A stretch of 64,000 nucleotides of DNA from Oligoflexales bacterium (lineage in GTDB: Bacteria; Bdellovibrionota_B; Oligoflexia; Oligoflexales; JAPPIL01), in the NCBI GenBank assembly GCA_965215515.1, contig OZ244057.1, positions 576,001 through 640,000 on the forward strand. Reading direction: 5' to 3'. The first letter of the stretch is position 1. Every line of letters begins with the position of its first letter. Below the pieces are notes generated by a model. The model was not told the origin of the DNA. It did no database searches and was given only the letters and a program-made list of their open reading frames with translations. Below are positions 47,919-58,900 of the stretch, piece after piece. The position numbers were made by a program, and so were the translations under genes.

Positions 47919-50900
47919 TTAGGCAGAGATTGCAAACGCAACAACACCTCATCATTCATCTCTATTCTCGTGGACGAAGTTAGCGTAAATTTAATCTTGG
48001 GGTAGCACAACACAAAATATAACGGCGTATCGCCGATGTTGTCGGCACATATTTGGGCAAGATGTTGCAGTGCGAGGGGATGTTCATGAGCCAGTTGTAC
48101 ACCGCGCAACCGCAAGTAAACCTTGCCAACCTGCTGACGACGCGCAACGCTGAGTGCTTGGATGTCCCTGACGGTTAGATTTATTCTCTCGTTGTACGCC
48201 TTGTCTACCCGCAGTCTAACCAACACCGCGGTGTAGATGGGAGGGACAGGTATATCACGCTCGAACATAGCAACCTCACGGAGGGCAGTTTCATCTTCGA
48301 GAGTTAACCACAAGACACGGCGTTGCTTTTTACTCAGGCGTTCACTGACACCCGTCAAGATAGCCACCACCACCACCTCTGACTGGCTGACAGACAAGGA
48401 TTCTAGCCGCGTCGTGCGAAAAAAAGCACGATCGCTACCATAAAAAGACAGCGGATGCTTGGACAGATACGCACCCAATTGCTTTCTCTCTGCTGTTAAC
48501 GAAGCGAAGCTGGCGGTAAGCACACCTTCAGTGGTGAACCCGTCTTGCAAAGCATGCAGATCATGATCATCATTGTCAAACAAGGTCATCTGACGCTGCC
48601 TTTTGCGGCGATGGATTTCCTCGCTGTACTTAACCAACCTGCTGCTGTTTTTATGCACATAGACACGATCAACATTGAGCACATCGAAACAACCACTGAG
48701 CGCGAGTAATTCCAAGTTTCTCTTGCCCACCTTGCCGAGATCAACACGCTTAACAAACGCAATCATGCTCTCAAACGCCCCACGAGCAACACGCTCCTGC
48801 TCGATAACCTTGATCGCATTGCCGCTCATGCCCTTGATCGCAGACAGACCGAACACAATCGCATGCGGCTGCGCTACCCGCGGGAGAAACCGCGCCTCGC
48901 TATCGTTAATCGAAAGAGGTACAAGCGTAATACCTAGCCGCCGACACTCGTTGACATAACGCAAAGTTTTTTCACCATAATCACAATCGCAAGTCATCAC
49001 CGCAGCCATGAATTGGGCGGGGTAATTAACTTTCAAATACGCGGTCTGATAACTCAACAAGCCATACGCCGTCGAGTGACTTTTGTTGAAACCATACTCG
49101 GCGAAACTTGCCATCAAGTTAAACAAAGCAACGGCTTTCTGCTGTGCGATCCCATTGCCCACACAACCTGCGACAAAACGCGACTGCTGTTGTGCCATCT
49201 CCTGCGGTTTTTTCTTGCCCATCGCCCGTCGTAACAGATCGGCTTCGCCTAGGCTATAATTAGCAAGCATCGCCGCGATCTGCTGTACCTGTTCCTGATA
49301 GACGATAACCCCGTAAGTATCTTTTAGCACCGTGACAAGTTGCGGTAAAAGATGCACGATGGCTTTCTTGCCGTGTTTGCGGTCGATAAAATCATCGACC
49401 ATGCCTGAAGCAAGCGGCCCTGGTCTGAACAAAGCGATCGTCGCAACAATGTCTTCGAAGGTTGACGGTTGTAATTTTTGTAACAACCGTATCATGCCGT
49501 GACTTTCCAACTGAAATATGCCCGTGGTATACCCCGCACTGATTTCTGCATAAACTTTGCGATCGTCGCGAGGAATAATGTCGAGATCAAAATTTTTATC
49601 ACACTGCTGGCGAATGAAGTTTACCGCCAAGGAAATGATGGTCAAGGTCTTCAGGCCAAGAAAATCAAATTTTACTAAACCCGTCTGCTCGGCGTTTTTC
49701 ATCTCATACTGGGTAATGAGATGGCCATCTTCCGAGCGGTAGACAGGCACATAGTCAGTAATAGGAGCATCGGAAATCATAATACCCGCGGCATGCACAG
49801 AAGTGTGACGGTTAAGCCCTTCAAGCTTGTGAGCGAAATCCATCAGTTCACGATAATCATCATCCTGTGCTATCGCTTCCTGCAAACGCGGTTCTTTTTG
49901 CAATGCAGTAGCAAGCGTGATACCGAGTTCGTTAGGCACGAGACGGGCAAGACGATCGACTTTTTGATAACTGATTTCCAACACACGTCCGACATCGCGG
50001 ATGGCAGCCTTGGCATTCATTTTACCGAAAGTCGTTATCTGGGCAACGTTATCCTTTCCGTAACGTTCGATAACATATTTGATAACCTCATCTCTGCGCC
50101 ACTGACAAAAATCTATATCAAAATCAGGCATCGATACCCGCTCAGGATTTAAAAATCTTTCGAAAAATAAACCGTGCACTACAGGGTCAATATCCGTAAT
50201 CCGCAGAGCATAAGCGACCAACGACCCCGCTCCTGAGCCGCGCCCAGGGCCGACAGGGATGTTGCGCTTTTTCGCCCAAGCGATGAAATCATGTACGATT
50301 AAAAAGTAGCCAGGAAATTTCATCGCGGCAATAACACGCAATTCATAAGCGAGACGCTCGCGATAGGTCTGCTGCGCATCATCCGTCAAGTCAGTGTACT
50401 TGGCCAAACGTTGTTGCAAACCGTCATGTGCGTAACGTGCCAACTCCTGCGCAGGATCGCCAGCCAAAGTAGGGAGATGATACGTGCCAAACTGCAAGAC
50501 CACGTTGCAACGTGCCGCGATCTTAACAGTATTGGCTATTGCGTCGGGAAAGTGAGCATAACGCTGGACAACTTCTTCGTTGTCGAGCAGATGAAAATGT
50601 GCGTCACGATTACCGCGCTCGATGTCGCTGAAAGTTAAGTCGTTCTTGATCGCCAAGAATATATCGTGTGCACCGCGAAAATCACGGGAGATGTAGTGAG
50701 CATCGGCAGAGCAGACCAGCGGTAAATTGAAATGGCGTGCCACTTTTACCTGCGTCGCCAGTAAAGCACGCTGTTTAGGTAAACCGTTGTCGATCATCTC
50801 GACGAAGTAGCCATCCTTCCCGAACAAACGTCGCATGGCAGCAACATGTGCGGCCAGCAGTCGGTAGACAGACTGACAGCTGGGCGGTAAATTGTCCAAA

Positions 50901-51376
50901 ACCAGATCTCGCCCCGCGTGCCTTTGCAACTGCTGCACCAGAAAACCCAACTCGCCTAGCTGACAGCTGGAGAGTGCGATCAGCCCTTCACTGTGCGCGG
51001 CGAGCAACTCCTCTGGCACAACGGGCACGGCAGCCGTGGTCGCCAGATAACCGCCGCTGCTGATCTTGATGAGATTGTGGTAACCGACGTTGTCCGCGGC
51101 CAACAACACGAGATGAAACGGGCGCGGTTTGGGATTGCTGAGCTCAGCCGTCGCGGGTTGGCCGCACCAAAAAATTTCGCAACCGATGATCGGCTTGATG
51201 CCCGCGGTGCATGCCTTCTCGTAAAAATCTAGCGCAGCATGCATGTTGCCATGGTCGGTAACCGCAACCGCCTCATGCCCCAAACTCTCCACCCTCTCCA
51301 GCAGTTGCTCAATCTTGATCGAGCCATCGAACAAGGAGTATTCGGTATGTACATGCAAATGGGCGAAATCAGCCAC
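47885..51376 (-). CDS. dnaE: DNA polymerase III alpha subunit
   Basis: PHP HLHVHTEYS, GPGRGSGAGS, PDFDIDF, KFDFLGL, YGFNKSH. Confidence 0.97.
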   Translation of the reverse strand: MADFAHLHVHTEYSLFDGSIKIEQLLERVESLGHEAVAVTDHGNMHAALDFYEKACTAGIKPIIGCEIFWCGQPATAELSNPKPRPFHLVLLAADNVGYHNLIKISSGGYLATTAAVPVVPEELLAAHSEGLIALSSCQLGELGFLVQQLQRHAGRDLVLDNLPPSCQSVYRLLAAHVAAMRRLFGKDGYFVEMIDNGLPKQRALLATQVKVARHFNLPLVCSADAHYISRDFRGAHDIFLAIKNDLTFSDIERGNRDAHFHLLDNEEVVQRYAHFPDAIANTVKIAARCNVVLQFGTYHLPTLAGDPAQELARYAHDGLQQRLAKYTDLTDDAQQTYRERLAYELRVIAAMKFPGYFLIVHDFIAWAKKRNIPVGPGRGSGAGSLVAYALRITDIDPVVHGLFFERFLNPERVSMPDFDIDFCQWRRDEVIKYVIERYGKDNVAQITTFGKMNAKAAIRDVGRVLEISYQKVDRLARLVPNELGITLATALQKEPRLQEAIAQDDDYRELMDFAHKLEGLNRHTSVHAAGIMISDAPITDYVPVYRSEDGHLITQYEMKNAEQTGLVKFDFLGLKTLTIISLAVNFIRQQCDKNFDLDIIPRDDRKVYAEISAGYTTGIFQLESHGMIRLLQKLQPSTFEDIVATIALFRPGPLASGMVDDFIDRKHGKKAIVHLLPQLVTVLKDTYGVIVYQEQVQQIAAMLANYSLGEADLLRRAMGKKKPQEMAQQQSRFVAGCVGNGIAQQKAVALFNLMASFAEYGFNKSHSTAYGLLSYQTAYLKVNYPAQFMAAVMTCDCDYGEKTLRYVNECRRLGITLVPLSINDSEARFLPRVAQPHAIVFGLSAIKGMSGNAIKVIEQERVARGAFESMIAFVKRVDLGKVGKRNLELLALSGCFDVLNVDRVYVHKNSSRLVKYSEEIHRRKRQRQMTLFDNDDHDLHALQDGFTTEGVLTASFASLTAERKQLGAYLSKHPLSFYGSDRAFFRTTRLESLSVSQSEVVVVAILTGVSERLSKKQRRVLWLTLEDETALREVAMFERDIPVPPIYTAVLVRLRVDKAYNERINLTVRDIQALSVARRQQVGKVYLRLRGVQLAHEHPLALQHLAQICADNIGDTPLYFVLCYPKIKFTLTSSTRIEMNDEVLLRLQSLPNLDSDILYVKR

Positions 51377-51403
51377 GACACCTTTTCCTCAAAAAATCAC
51401 TCG

Positions 51404-52513
51404 CTAATTTTTACCCCAAACTTTGGCGAGACAGATTTCGCTGGAACTCTCGAACTCGATTGTTGTGTAAAACTTTCCCGCCCCCAGTTCTGCAAGGATG
51501 TCGCGTATGCTATGTTTGATCTCCGTCATCTTATCGATGCTGGTATTCTCCTCGACGACGACGTGCGAGCTGAACACGTGCGAAGTGCCGTCGAGCGACC
51601 AAATACGCACATCGTGCATATCGACCACACCTGCGACGCGTTTTTTGACTTCGGTATAGAGGTCGCCCAAATCCACGCCATGAGGAACAGCTTGCAAAAA
51701 GAGTTTGATCGCTCCCCACAGATTAGTGCCTACCACGTGCAAAATGAAGACGATGATACAGACTGATAGGATAGGGTCGAGCAACGGCAGATCGAAGAAC
51801 ATCAACACCACCGCAACCACCAGAATCGATACCCAGCTGAGTATATGGGCGATCATGCGCCAGATGAGCATTTTTTCGTTAGCGGTGCGCCCTTGCTTCA
51901 ACACGAGTGCGGCCGCGACGTTGACGGCGATACCGAGTAAGGCGAGGGCAAACATCCCGCCGCTGTGGGGTGAGTGGTCGTGGCCGTGCTGCTCCCGCTC
52001 GCCACCTGCAAAAATTTCAATACCGATCAGGTCAGGGATAATGTGCAGCAGTATCCAAACACTACCCACGACGATAATTATTCCGCTGAGGACCGCGGAC
52101 AACAACGAGAAGCGACGGTAACCGTAGGAATAGTGGGCGTTGGATCGGCGCAGAGCAATGCGTTCGAGTAGCCAAGCCAAGGCCAGCGTAATGCTATCGC
52201 CGATAGCATGCAGCGCGGCGGAAATGATGGCCGTGCTACCAGCCGCTACCCCGCCGACTAATTCCACTACGGCATAGATAAGCGTCAGTGCAAAAGCGAT
52301 GCCGATATTTTTAAACGCCGAAGCATCGGGCTCAAAACCGTCGAGCGCAGCACGCCGAACACCTCCGTCGTGTGTGTGCTGGGTGTGGTCGCGCTGCGAG
52401 AGTACACTCACGCCCTCTTCTCCGTCGAGGCTATCCGCGGCGAAGCTAGCACAGCACACCGCGACCGTCAATGACACGCCCTGCTCGGCATTAACGATTA
52501 GTATTTTGGGCAA
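51404..52513 (-). CDS. Cation diffusion facilitator (CzcD/ZitB-like) transporter
   Basis: TM helices, YSYGYRR, His-rich loops, DPILS, MHDVRIWSLDG; start uncertain. Confidence 0.85.
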   Translation of the reverse strand: MPKILIVNAEQGVSLTVAVCCASFAADSLDGEEGVSVLSQRDHTQHTHDGGVRRAALDGFEPDASAFKNIGIAFALTLIYAVVELVGGVAAGSTAIISAALHAIGDSITLALAWLLERIALRRSNAHYSYGYRRFSLLSAVLSGIIIVVGSVWILLHIIPDLIGIEIFAGGEREQHGHDHSPHSGGMFALALLGIAVNVAAALVLKQGRTANEKMLIWRMIAHILSWVSILVVAVVLMFFDLPLLDPILSVCIIVFILHVVGTNLWGAIKLFLQAVPHGVDLGDLYTEVKKRVAGVVDMHDVRIWSLDGTSHVFSSHVVVEENTSIDKMTEIKHSIRDILAELGAGKFYTTIEFESSSEICLAKVWGKN

Positions 52514-52525
52514 AAATAACTTAGG

Positions 52526-53323
52526 ATGGCAGACATGTTTTTCCTGCCGTTGCTGTTATTTCTCCTGTTGTTCGTGTTGACAAGCGATTATCAGCGACGT
52601 GACGGGCAAGCGTTGCAAACGTTAATGGGAACGGCCCGTGCTATCGGCGAAGCTGTATTGAGCAACGACTTGGTGCGGCTCAGTGCCCCACCGTCCGACA
52701 GCACCAAAGCTTGCCGTTTCCTGCACGACTTAGCCCACCGCCACCTCTATCGCGGTGAACTGCGGGTCGATGCTCTGCGTCTTGTGCAACAAGCGATCGA
52801 CGCGGCACGCGCACAGCAGCGTGTGCGTGGGCAGCTGCGCTTGTTGTTTATGACCCGCGTCGGCGGGGTGATTGTCTTCAGTATGCTGGGTAATTTTCTG
52901 CTGAGCCACTTGCTTACTGCCACACCACCTTCGTACCTCATGCCCTGTCTGGGGAGTGCGGTGTTGCTAGTGGGGACGGTGATTCTGGAGAAGGGCATGC
53001 CCAGGTCGTGGTTCTGGCAACAGCACGACATCAGCCTGCCTGGACGCAGGTGGGCGGCCGCACTGTTCGATCGCGGTGACCACACCTTCCATCCCACTCT
53101 ACGACAGATGCAGATACGTGAAATCACTCTCGGCATCGACCTCAGTGCAGAAAAAACCGCCTTTCTTACCCACTGGCAACATACGCAACAGGATGCCGAG
53201 AAAACAGCTTTGCGCAAGCGTCAGGATTTTTTCCCTCTCTTCGAACTGTTGATCTTCGCAGCACTCGCCGCCCTGCACCTGTCGCCTGTTCTACACAGCC
53301 TGTTCGCCTTGCTTCACCCCTAG
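52526..53323 (+). CDS. Hypothetical membrane protein
   Basis: Several hydrophobic segments; no confident family. Confidence 0.5.
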   Translation: MADMFFLPLLLFLLLFVLTSDYQRRDGQALQTLMGTARAIGEAVLSNDLVRLSAPPSDSTKACRFLHDLAHRHLYRGELRVDALRLVQQAIDAARAQQRVRGQLRLLFMTRVGGVIVFSMLGNFLLSHLLTATPPSYLMPCLGSAVLLVGTVILEKGMPRSWFWQQHDISLPGRRWAAALFDRGDHTFHPTLRQMQIREITLGIDLSAEKTAFLTHWQHTQQDAEKTALRKRQDFFPLFELLIFAALAALHLSPVLHSLFALLHP

Positions 53324-53357
53324 GGTGTCTGGCGCGCAACCCCACTCGAGCGCAGTC

Positions 53358-55121
53358 TCACATCTTGGCGGGCGGCTCGATGCCGAGCAGTTGCAACCCC
53401 TGCGTTAGCACGTGGGCACAGCAACCGACGAGGGCGAGGCGTGCACCCCGCCGCGCAGGCGGGCTTGCCCGCAGCACCGAGTGTGCGCGGTAGTACCTGC
53501 TGAAAGTTTTTGCCAGTGTGTACAGGTAGGTAGTTAGCACGGAGGGTTTCAACGACGTGGCGGCGAACTGCACCGTATGGTTAAAACGATAGAGCTGGTG
53601 AATTAAACTCTGCTCCTCCTCCTCGCACAGTAAGTGCAAGTCTTCGCAAGACGCCGCGGTGCTGGCTTTAGCTAGAATAGAGTTGATCCGTGCGCAAGCG
53701 TACATGAGATAGAGACCCGTATTGCCGTCGAAACGTAACCAGGCGGGAAGATCGAAAATAATTTCTTTCTGCGGGTCGGATTGCAGCATGCCGTATTTTA
53801 TCGTGCCGAGGGCGAGACGATGCAGGGTTTCGGTGATTAATTCAGCATCCCAGCGGTCGCGATACTTGTCGAGATGCGGGGCAAGCTCGCAGCTCAGCTG
53901 TTCCCGCAGCGCGCTGAAGGGCACAATGTTGCCACGCCGCGACGACATTTTACCCTCTCGCAAACGCACCAAACCATAGCTGAGATGGGTGTTCTTCTCC
54001 TGTCCGCCGAATCCCATCAATGCCAACGTCTTAAACAGTTGCTGAAAGTAATGCGCTTGCTCCGCACCTACCACGTAAAGCGAACGATCGAGCGGGTATT
54101 GTTGAAATTTGCGATAGGCGAGGGCGAGGTCTTTGGTGGCATACAGCGTGTTACCGTCTGACTTCAGCACCATAAAAAAACCTAGCTCCCCTAGCTCAGC
54201 ACCATAAGCACCCTCCGACAAGGTGAATGTGCCGCGGTCGATATACTTTTGCAAAATCGTCTTAGCCTGTGGCGTAACTTCCGACTCGTAGTAGCAGACA
54301 TCAAACTTTATCCCTAGCCATCGATAGATAGCGTCAAAGTCGGCGAGGCAGTATTGTCGTGTCTCCTGCCATAACTGGTAAAACTTGCCTTGCCGTGTCT
54401 CCATCTGCCGTAGGATGTGGGACAACTGTCGTTGCTGTTCCGCATCGTCCTGACGCAGCTGCTGCGTGGCCAGGACATAGTGCCGTCCCAGCCACTCGGC
54501 ACGATGTTGCGGGGGTGCCGCCTCGCGGCTGCGTTCCAGATGCCAAAGACATTTGGCGATGTGTGCTCCCTCATCGCCGACATAGTTGGCGGCGATAACC
54601 CGATGGCCGAGATAACGCAGCATGCGGGCAAGAGCATCGCCGAGACAGACGTTGCGGGTGTGACCGACGTGGAAGATCTTGTGTGTGTTAGGCTGGGAAA
54701 ATTCCACCATGATCGTCTGTACTGCTGCGACTTTCGCCGCGGCAAAGTAATCGCCGCGTAAAATTGGCGGCAAAGTCAGTTCCGCAAAATGCGTCGGGTC
54801 GATAAAAAAATTGAGATAACCGCCCTTCACCTCCGTCCTGTGCAGCCACGCCAACTGTGCAGGCACAACATGACGAGCGATGCTGGCGGCAATCTGCGCA
54901 GGCGCACACCGTAACTGCGCGGCAAAACGAAAACAGGGGAAAGCATAGTGCCCCAGCTTTCTGTTGGGCGGTAAGTCGAGCAGTGCGGCAGTTGCATCAA
55001 CGCTGAGCACCACACCAAGCTGTGCCAACACAGGCTGCAGTGTCTCCGCCAGCGTGAGGCGTAAAGGATCAGACGTTGCCATGCTACAGACTACGGTAGC
55101 AAAGTCGCTGTCTCTTCGCAA
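53358..55121 (-). CDS. argS: Arginine--tRNA ligase
   Basis: SQPNTHKIFHVGH (HIGH), KSDGNTLY, GKMSSRRG, YLMYACAR, LLGIEPPAKM; true start may be ATG 55083. Confidence 0.95.
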   Translation of the reverse strand: MRRDSDFATVVCSMATSDPLRLTLAETLQPVLAQLGVVLSVDATAALLDLPPNRKLGHYAFPCFRFAAQLRCAPAQIAASIARHVVPAQLAWLHRTEVKGGYLNFFIDPTHFAELTLPPILRGDYFAAAKVAAVQTIMVEFSQPNTHKIFHVGHTRNVCLGDALARMLRYLGHRVIAANYVGDEGAHIAKCLWHLERSREAAPPQHRAEWLGRHYVLATQQLRQDDAEQQRQLSHILRQMETRQGKFYQLWQETRQYCLADFDAIYRWLGIKFDVCYYESEVTPQAKTILQKYIDRGTFTLSEGAYGAELGELGFFMVLKSDGNTLYATKDLALAYRKFQQYPLDRSLYVVGAEQAHYFQQLFKTLALMGFGGQEKNTHLSYGLVRLREGKMSSRRGNIVPFSALREQLSCELAPHLDKYRDRWDAELITETLHRLALGTIKYGMLQSDPQKEIIFDLPAWLRFDGNTGLYLMYACARINSILAKASTAASCEDLHLLCEEEEQSLIHQLYRFNHTVQFAATSLKPSVLTTYLYTLAKTFSRYYRAHSVLRASPPARRGARLALVGCCAHVLTQGLQLLGIEPPAKM

Positions 55122-55224
55122 GTCAGAGGAATTGGAGGACGCAGCGTTAAATATCTTGCTGATTTTTTTTCAGTAGCTTAACATTATAGATAGTGAAGCT
55201 AATCATTACTGCGGAAGAGTTCAT

Positions 55225-56418
55225 ATGCGTGGTTGTACGTGTAGCTTGTTGGCGGGGCTTGTCCTCGTGGCATGTGGTTTCGCGGAGAGGGCTGACAGGT
55301 CGCTCCTTATCATCGACCCTAGTGCGGGGGAGAAGCTTGCTGATGCCTTCGTCACCGAATGGCAGGTGCAGGCGGGCGAGGAGTTGGTGTTGCCGTTGCC
55401 CGAGGGTTTTGCCTACCGCTTCACGGTCGATTGGGGTGACGGCAGCGAGGGGCAGGTTAGTGCCTACAACGATCCCGCCGCCCGTCATGTCTACGCCGAA
55501 GAAGGCCGCTACGTGGTGGCCATCAGCGGTATGTTGGAGGCCTGGAGTTTTTGGCGTATTTCGGACAGCAGGGATAGTTTGTGGACGGTACGCAATCTCG
55601 GTGATGTCGGCTGGAAAAGCCTCTTCGGAGCTTTTGCCTCTTGCCCCAATTTGACCACCGTCGTCGGTGGTCACGTCGCCGCGGTGACCGACATGGGATC
55701 GATGTTCGACAGTGCCGTGCAAGCGTTACCCGATGGGCGGGATTGGGACACCGCACAGGTCATCGACATGAGCTACATGTTTGCAGGGGCGAGTTCGGCA
55801 CAGCCACTGGTAGGAGAGTGGGACACGGCCGCAGTGCAGGACATGAGTCGCATGTTTGCGAAGACTAGGGAGGTTGACCCCGACGTGAGCAGTTGGGTTA
55901 CCTCGGATGTCATGCGCATGGCTGGGATGTTCTACGAGGCGGCGGCGGCACAACCCGCGACGGGGACTTGGAATACCGTCAGTGTAACCGACATGAGCGA
56001 CATGTTCCACAATGCCCCGCGCGCCAACCCCGATGTCAGCTGTTGGAACACGACGAACGTCACCGACATGAGCAACATGTTCTACGGGGCAGTCAAGGCC
56101 AACCCCGATGTCAGCTGTTGGGATGTGGCACAGGTCATCAGCATGCAGAACATGTTTCACACTGCGGTGTCCGCCATCCCCGACATGTCGAGGTGGGAAA
56201 TCCCCGCGGTGACGACGATGGAAGGCATGTTCCACGGGGTCAGTTTGCCGAGCCAAAACTGGAGCGACCTGCTTATCCGCGCCGCACATACTTCCGCACA
56301 GCAAGGGGTAGTGCTGGATGGAGGTGACTCACGTTGGCATGCCGCGGCCGCGGCGGAACGCGCCGAACTGCTGACACGCGGCTGGCACATCAGCGATCTC
56401 GGTCAGGACACGGGCTGA
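55225..56418 (+). CDS. DUF285/BspA-type surface lipoprotein
   Basis: Lipobox LVAC, VDWGDG PKD-like domain, 25-aa WxTxxVTDMxxMF repeats. Confidence 0.85.
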   Translation: MRGCTCSLLAGLVLVACGFAERADRSLLIIDPSAGEKLADAFVTEWQVQAGEELVLPLPEGFAYRFTVDWGDGSEGQVSAYNDPAARHVYAEEGRYVVAISGMLEAWSFWRISDSRDSLWTVRNLGDVGWKSLFGAFASCPNLTTVVGGHVAAVTDMGSMFDSAVQALPDGRDWDTAQVIDMSYMFAGASSAQPLVGEWDTAAVQDMSRMFAKTREVDPDVSSWVTSDVMRMAGMFYEAAAAQPATGTWNTVSVTDMSDMFHNAPRANPDVSCWNTTNVTDMSNMFYGAVKANPDVSCWDVAQVISMQNMFHTAVSAIPDMSRWEIPAVTTMEGMFHGVSLPSQNWSDLLIRAAHTSAQQGVVLDGGDSRWHAAAAAERAELLTRGWHISDLGQDTG

Positions 56419-56508
56419 GCGCATCGCGCTTGTCAACGTACGTGATCTGCCTTAACATAGTTAGCAGGGCTACTGGTACTAATACTAAATAAAGTATAGG
56501 GATTCGTT

Positions 56509-57897
56509 ATGCGCATGCTGGTTTTTCTTCTCTCGTTTTTGTTTTTGGTTTTTGGCAGTGCCTGTGGTTTCGACGGCAATGGCAAGCGGGGGGCAGCTCT
56601 TCCTGATGATGGAGATAACGGCGAGGAACAGCTTTCCGATGCCTTCGTTTCCAAATGGCGGGTAAGTGCCGAGGGCGGCATTGTGAATCTCCCTCTGCTG
56701 GGTGGTTTCAACTACGATTTTACCGTCGATTGGGGTGATGGTCAGGTGACCGAGCACGACGGCGCGATGGTTTCTCATGCCTACGAAGAGGCAGGCATCT
56801 ATACAGTGAAAATTACAGGGTTGCTAGAAGCGTGGAGCTTCGCAGCAGAGCCGCGCAGCCGTGACATGTTGTTGAGTGTCGAGGATCTCGGTGATCTCGG
56901 TTGGCGTAGTCTGCAAGGTGCTTTTGCGGGGAGCGAGGAACTTACCGCGGTTAGCGGTGGCAATATGTCCAACGTTTACAGTATGCATGCGATGTTTGAA
57001 GGTGCTGCCGCGGTTATGCCCGATACAGGCGGTTGGGATACGCACCAGGTACGAACCATGACGGCGATGTTCATGGGGGCGATGGCGGCTGACCCCGATG
57101 TGGGTGGCTGGAACACGGAACAGGTAGCCAGCATGCACTCTATGTTTCGTGGGGCGAGGGCCGCCAACCCCGATGTCAGCAATTGGGATACGGGTGCGGT
57201 TACCAACATGAGCTACATGTTCATGAACGCGTTTTCTGCCATGCCTGAGGTCAGCAACTGGAATACCGCCAAAGTGACCGACATGAGCAATATGTTTCGA
57301 GGGGCGATTGCGGCTGACCCCGATGTCAGCAATTGGGACGTGTCCGCGGTGGCAGACATGAGTTACATGTTTGCGGAGGCGGTGTCCGCCAATCCGCCTG
57401 TCAGCAAGTGGCTTACAGGTGCGGTAACCAACATGCGGGGGATGTTTACACGGGCGACGAGTGCGAACCCTGTGGTCAACGGCTGGGATACGAGTGCGGT
57501 GACCGACATGTCGGGGATGTTTCTCGATGCCATTTCCGCCAACCCTAGCCTCGACTGCTGGGATGTCGGCAAAGTAAGCGATATGCGTCACATGTTCAGC
57601 GGTGCGGCCAAGGCCGATGTCAACCTGTCGAAGTGGGATTTCGGTGCGGTGATCTTCATGCACAACTTGTTTCACGGTGTGACCCTATCTACTGACAACT
57701 ACGACGGTCTGTTGACGAGAGTGAATGAGACCTCGTCCCGTACCAACCTCATCCTCGACGCGGGCAACTCCCAGTACAGTGCCGACGGGGCTGTGGCGCA
57801 TCACAGCCTAACCGATAGGGGCTGGCATATCCGCGATGCTGGTATCGCTCCCGACGCGAGCAGCGAAGAAGGAGACGCTGAAGAAGGCGGCGAGTAA
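56509..57897 (+). CDS. DUF285/BspA-type surface lipoprotein
   Basis: Lipobox GSAC, VDWGDG, about ten NPDVSNWDTxxVxxMxxMF repeats. Confidence 0.85.
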   Translation: MRMLVFLLSFLFLVFGSACGFDGNGKRGAALPDDGDNGEEQLSDAFVSKWRVSAEGGIVNLPLLGGFNYDFTVDWGDGQVTEHDGAMVSHAYEEAGIYTVKITGLLEAWSFAAEPRSRDMLLSVEDLGDLGWRSLQGAFAGSEELTAVSGGNMSNVYSMHAMFEGAAAVMPDTGGWDTHQVRTMTAMFMGAMAADPDVGGWNTEQVASMHSMFRGARAANPDVSNWDTGAVTNMSYMFMNAFSAMPEVSNWNTAKVTDMSNMFRGAIAADPDVSNWDVSAVADMSYMFAEAVSANPPVSKWLTGAVTNMRGMFTRATSANPVVNGWDTSAVTDMSGMFLDAISANPSLDCWDVGKVSDMRHMFSGAAKADVNLSKWDFGAVIFMHNLFHGVTLSTDNYDGLLTRVNETSSRTNLILDAGNSQYSADGAVAHHSLTDRGWHIRDAGIAPDASSEEGDAEEGGE

Positions 57898-57907
57898 TCC
57901 GATGAGT

Positions 57908-57932
57908 CCACCCCCTGAACGCGGGGTGGTTT
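57908..57932 (+). terminator. Terminator-like hairpin
   Basis: ccacccc-ctgaacgc-ggggtgg-ttt. Confidence 0.45.
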
Positions 57933-57959
57933 AGGCTTGTGCTTGACTGGGAGTTACCG

Positions 57960-58883
57960 ATGAGAAACTTGCTGTTAGGGATGTTATTTTTTGTGACTGC
58001 TGGCACGCTGTGCGCGGCGGCTGACTTTGTTTCCGTCTGGAGGGTGGCGGAGGATGACTTACAGGTGGTGCTACCTGTACCACAAGGATTTGATTACGAT
58101 TTTCAAGTAGATTGGGGTGACGGCGCCAGTGGGCAGGTGACCGCTTGGGATGACGAGGATGCGGCGCATACCTATGCACAGGCAGGTACTTACACGGTTA
58201 CGCTGCGCGGGCGGGTGGAAGCGTGGAGTTTTTGGAAAATACCCCACAGCAAGGATAAGATCATCGCGGTCAACAATCTCGGCAGTGTCGGTTGGCGGAG
58301 TTTTTTCGGAGCCTTTCTAGCCTGTGAGAACCTCAAGGAAGTTGCGGGGGGCGATACGGCACAGGTGACAGACATGCGCTACATGTTTTATCTCGCACCC
58401 CTGGCTGTACCTGACACGACTGGCTGGGACACGAGTGCAGTCACGAACATGGCGGGCATGTTTTGGTTTGCGAAGGCGGCGAACCCCGAGGTCAGCAACT
58501 GGAACACGGCCGCGGTGACGGATATGAGTTTCATGTTTGCCAGCGCACGCGCGGCGAACCCCGAGGTCAGCAACTGGAACACGGCACAGGTGCGAAGCAT
58601 GCGGAGTATGTTTTACCGTGCCGTCGCGGCAACTCCGAACATGGGTACTTGGAATTTTGCGCAGATCGGAGATATGCATCGCATGTTTTGGGGAGTGACA
58701 TTACCGACGGCTATCTACAGCAACATGCTGGTGCAGTTGGCCTCCACCGCGGGGTCGCACAACGTAATTTTGCACGGTGGTTACTCCAAATACAACGCGG
58801 CGGGTGCAACGGCCCGCCAGGAGTTGACCACCAGGGCATGGGTGTTGATCGATGGCGGGCGCGCCCTTGACCCCTCCTCTTGA
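57960..58883 (+). CDS. DUF285/BspA-type surface protein
   Basis: Signal peptide, VDWGDG, same 25-aa repeats. Confidence 0.85.
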   Translation: MRNLLLGMLFFVTAGTLCAAADFVSVWRVAEDDLQVVLPVPQGFDYDFQVDWGDGASGQVTAWDDEDAAHTYAQAGTYTVTLRGRVEAWSFWKIPHSKDKIIAVNNLGSVGWRSFFGAFLACENLKEVAGGDTAQVTDMRYMFYLAPLAVPDTTGWDTSAVTNMAGMFWFAKAANPEVSNWNTAAVTDMSFMFASARAANPEVSNWNTAQVRSMRSMFYRAVAATPNMGTWNFAQIGDMHRMFWGVTLPTAIYSNMLVQLASTAGSHNVILHGGYSKYNAAGATARQELTTRAWVLIDGGRALDPSS

Positions 58884-58900
58884 TCTCGGTACACGTGGCG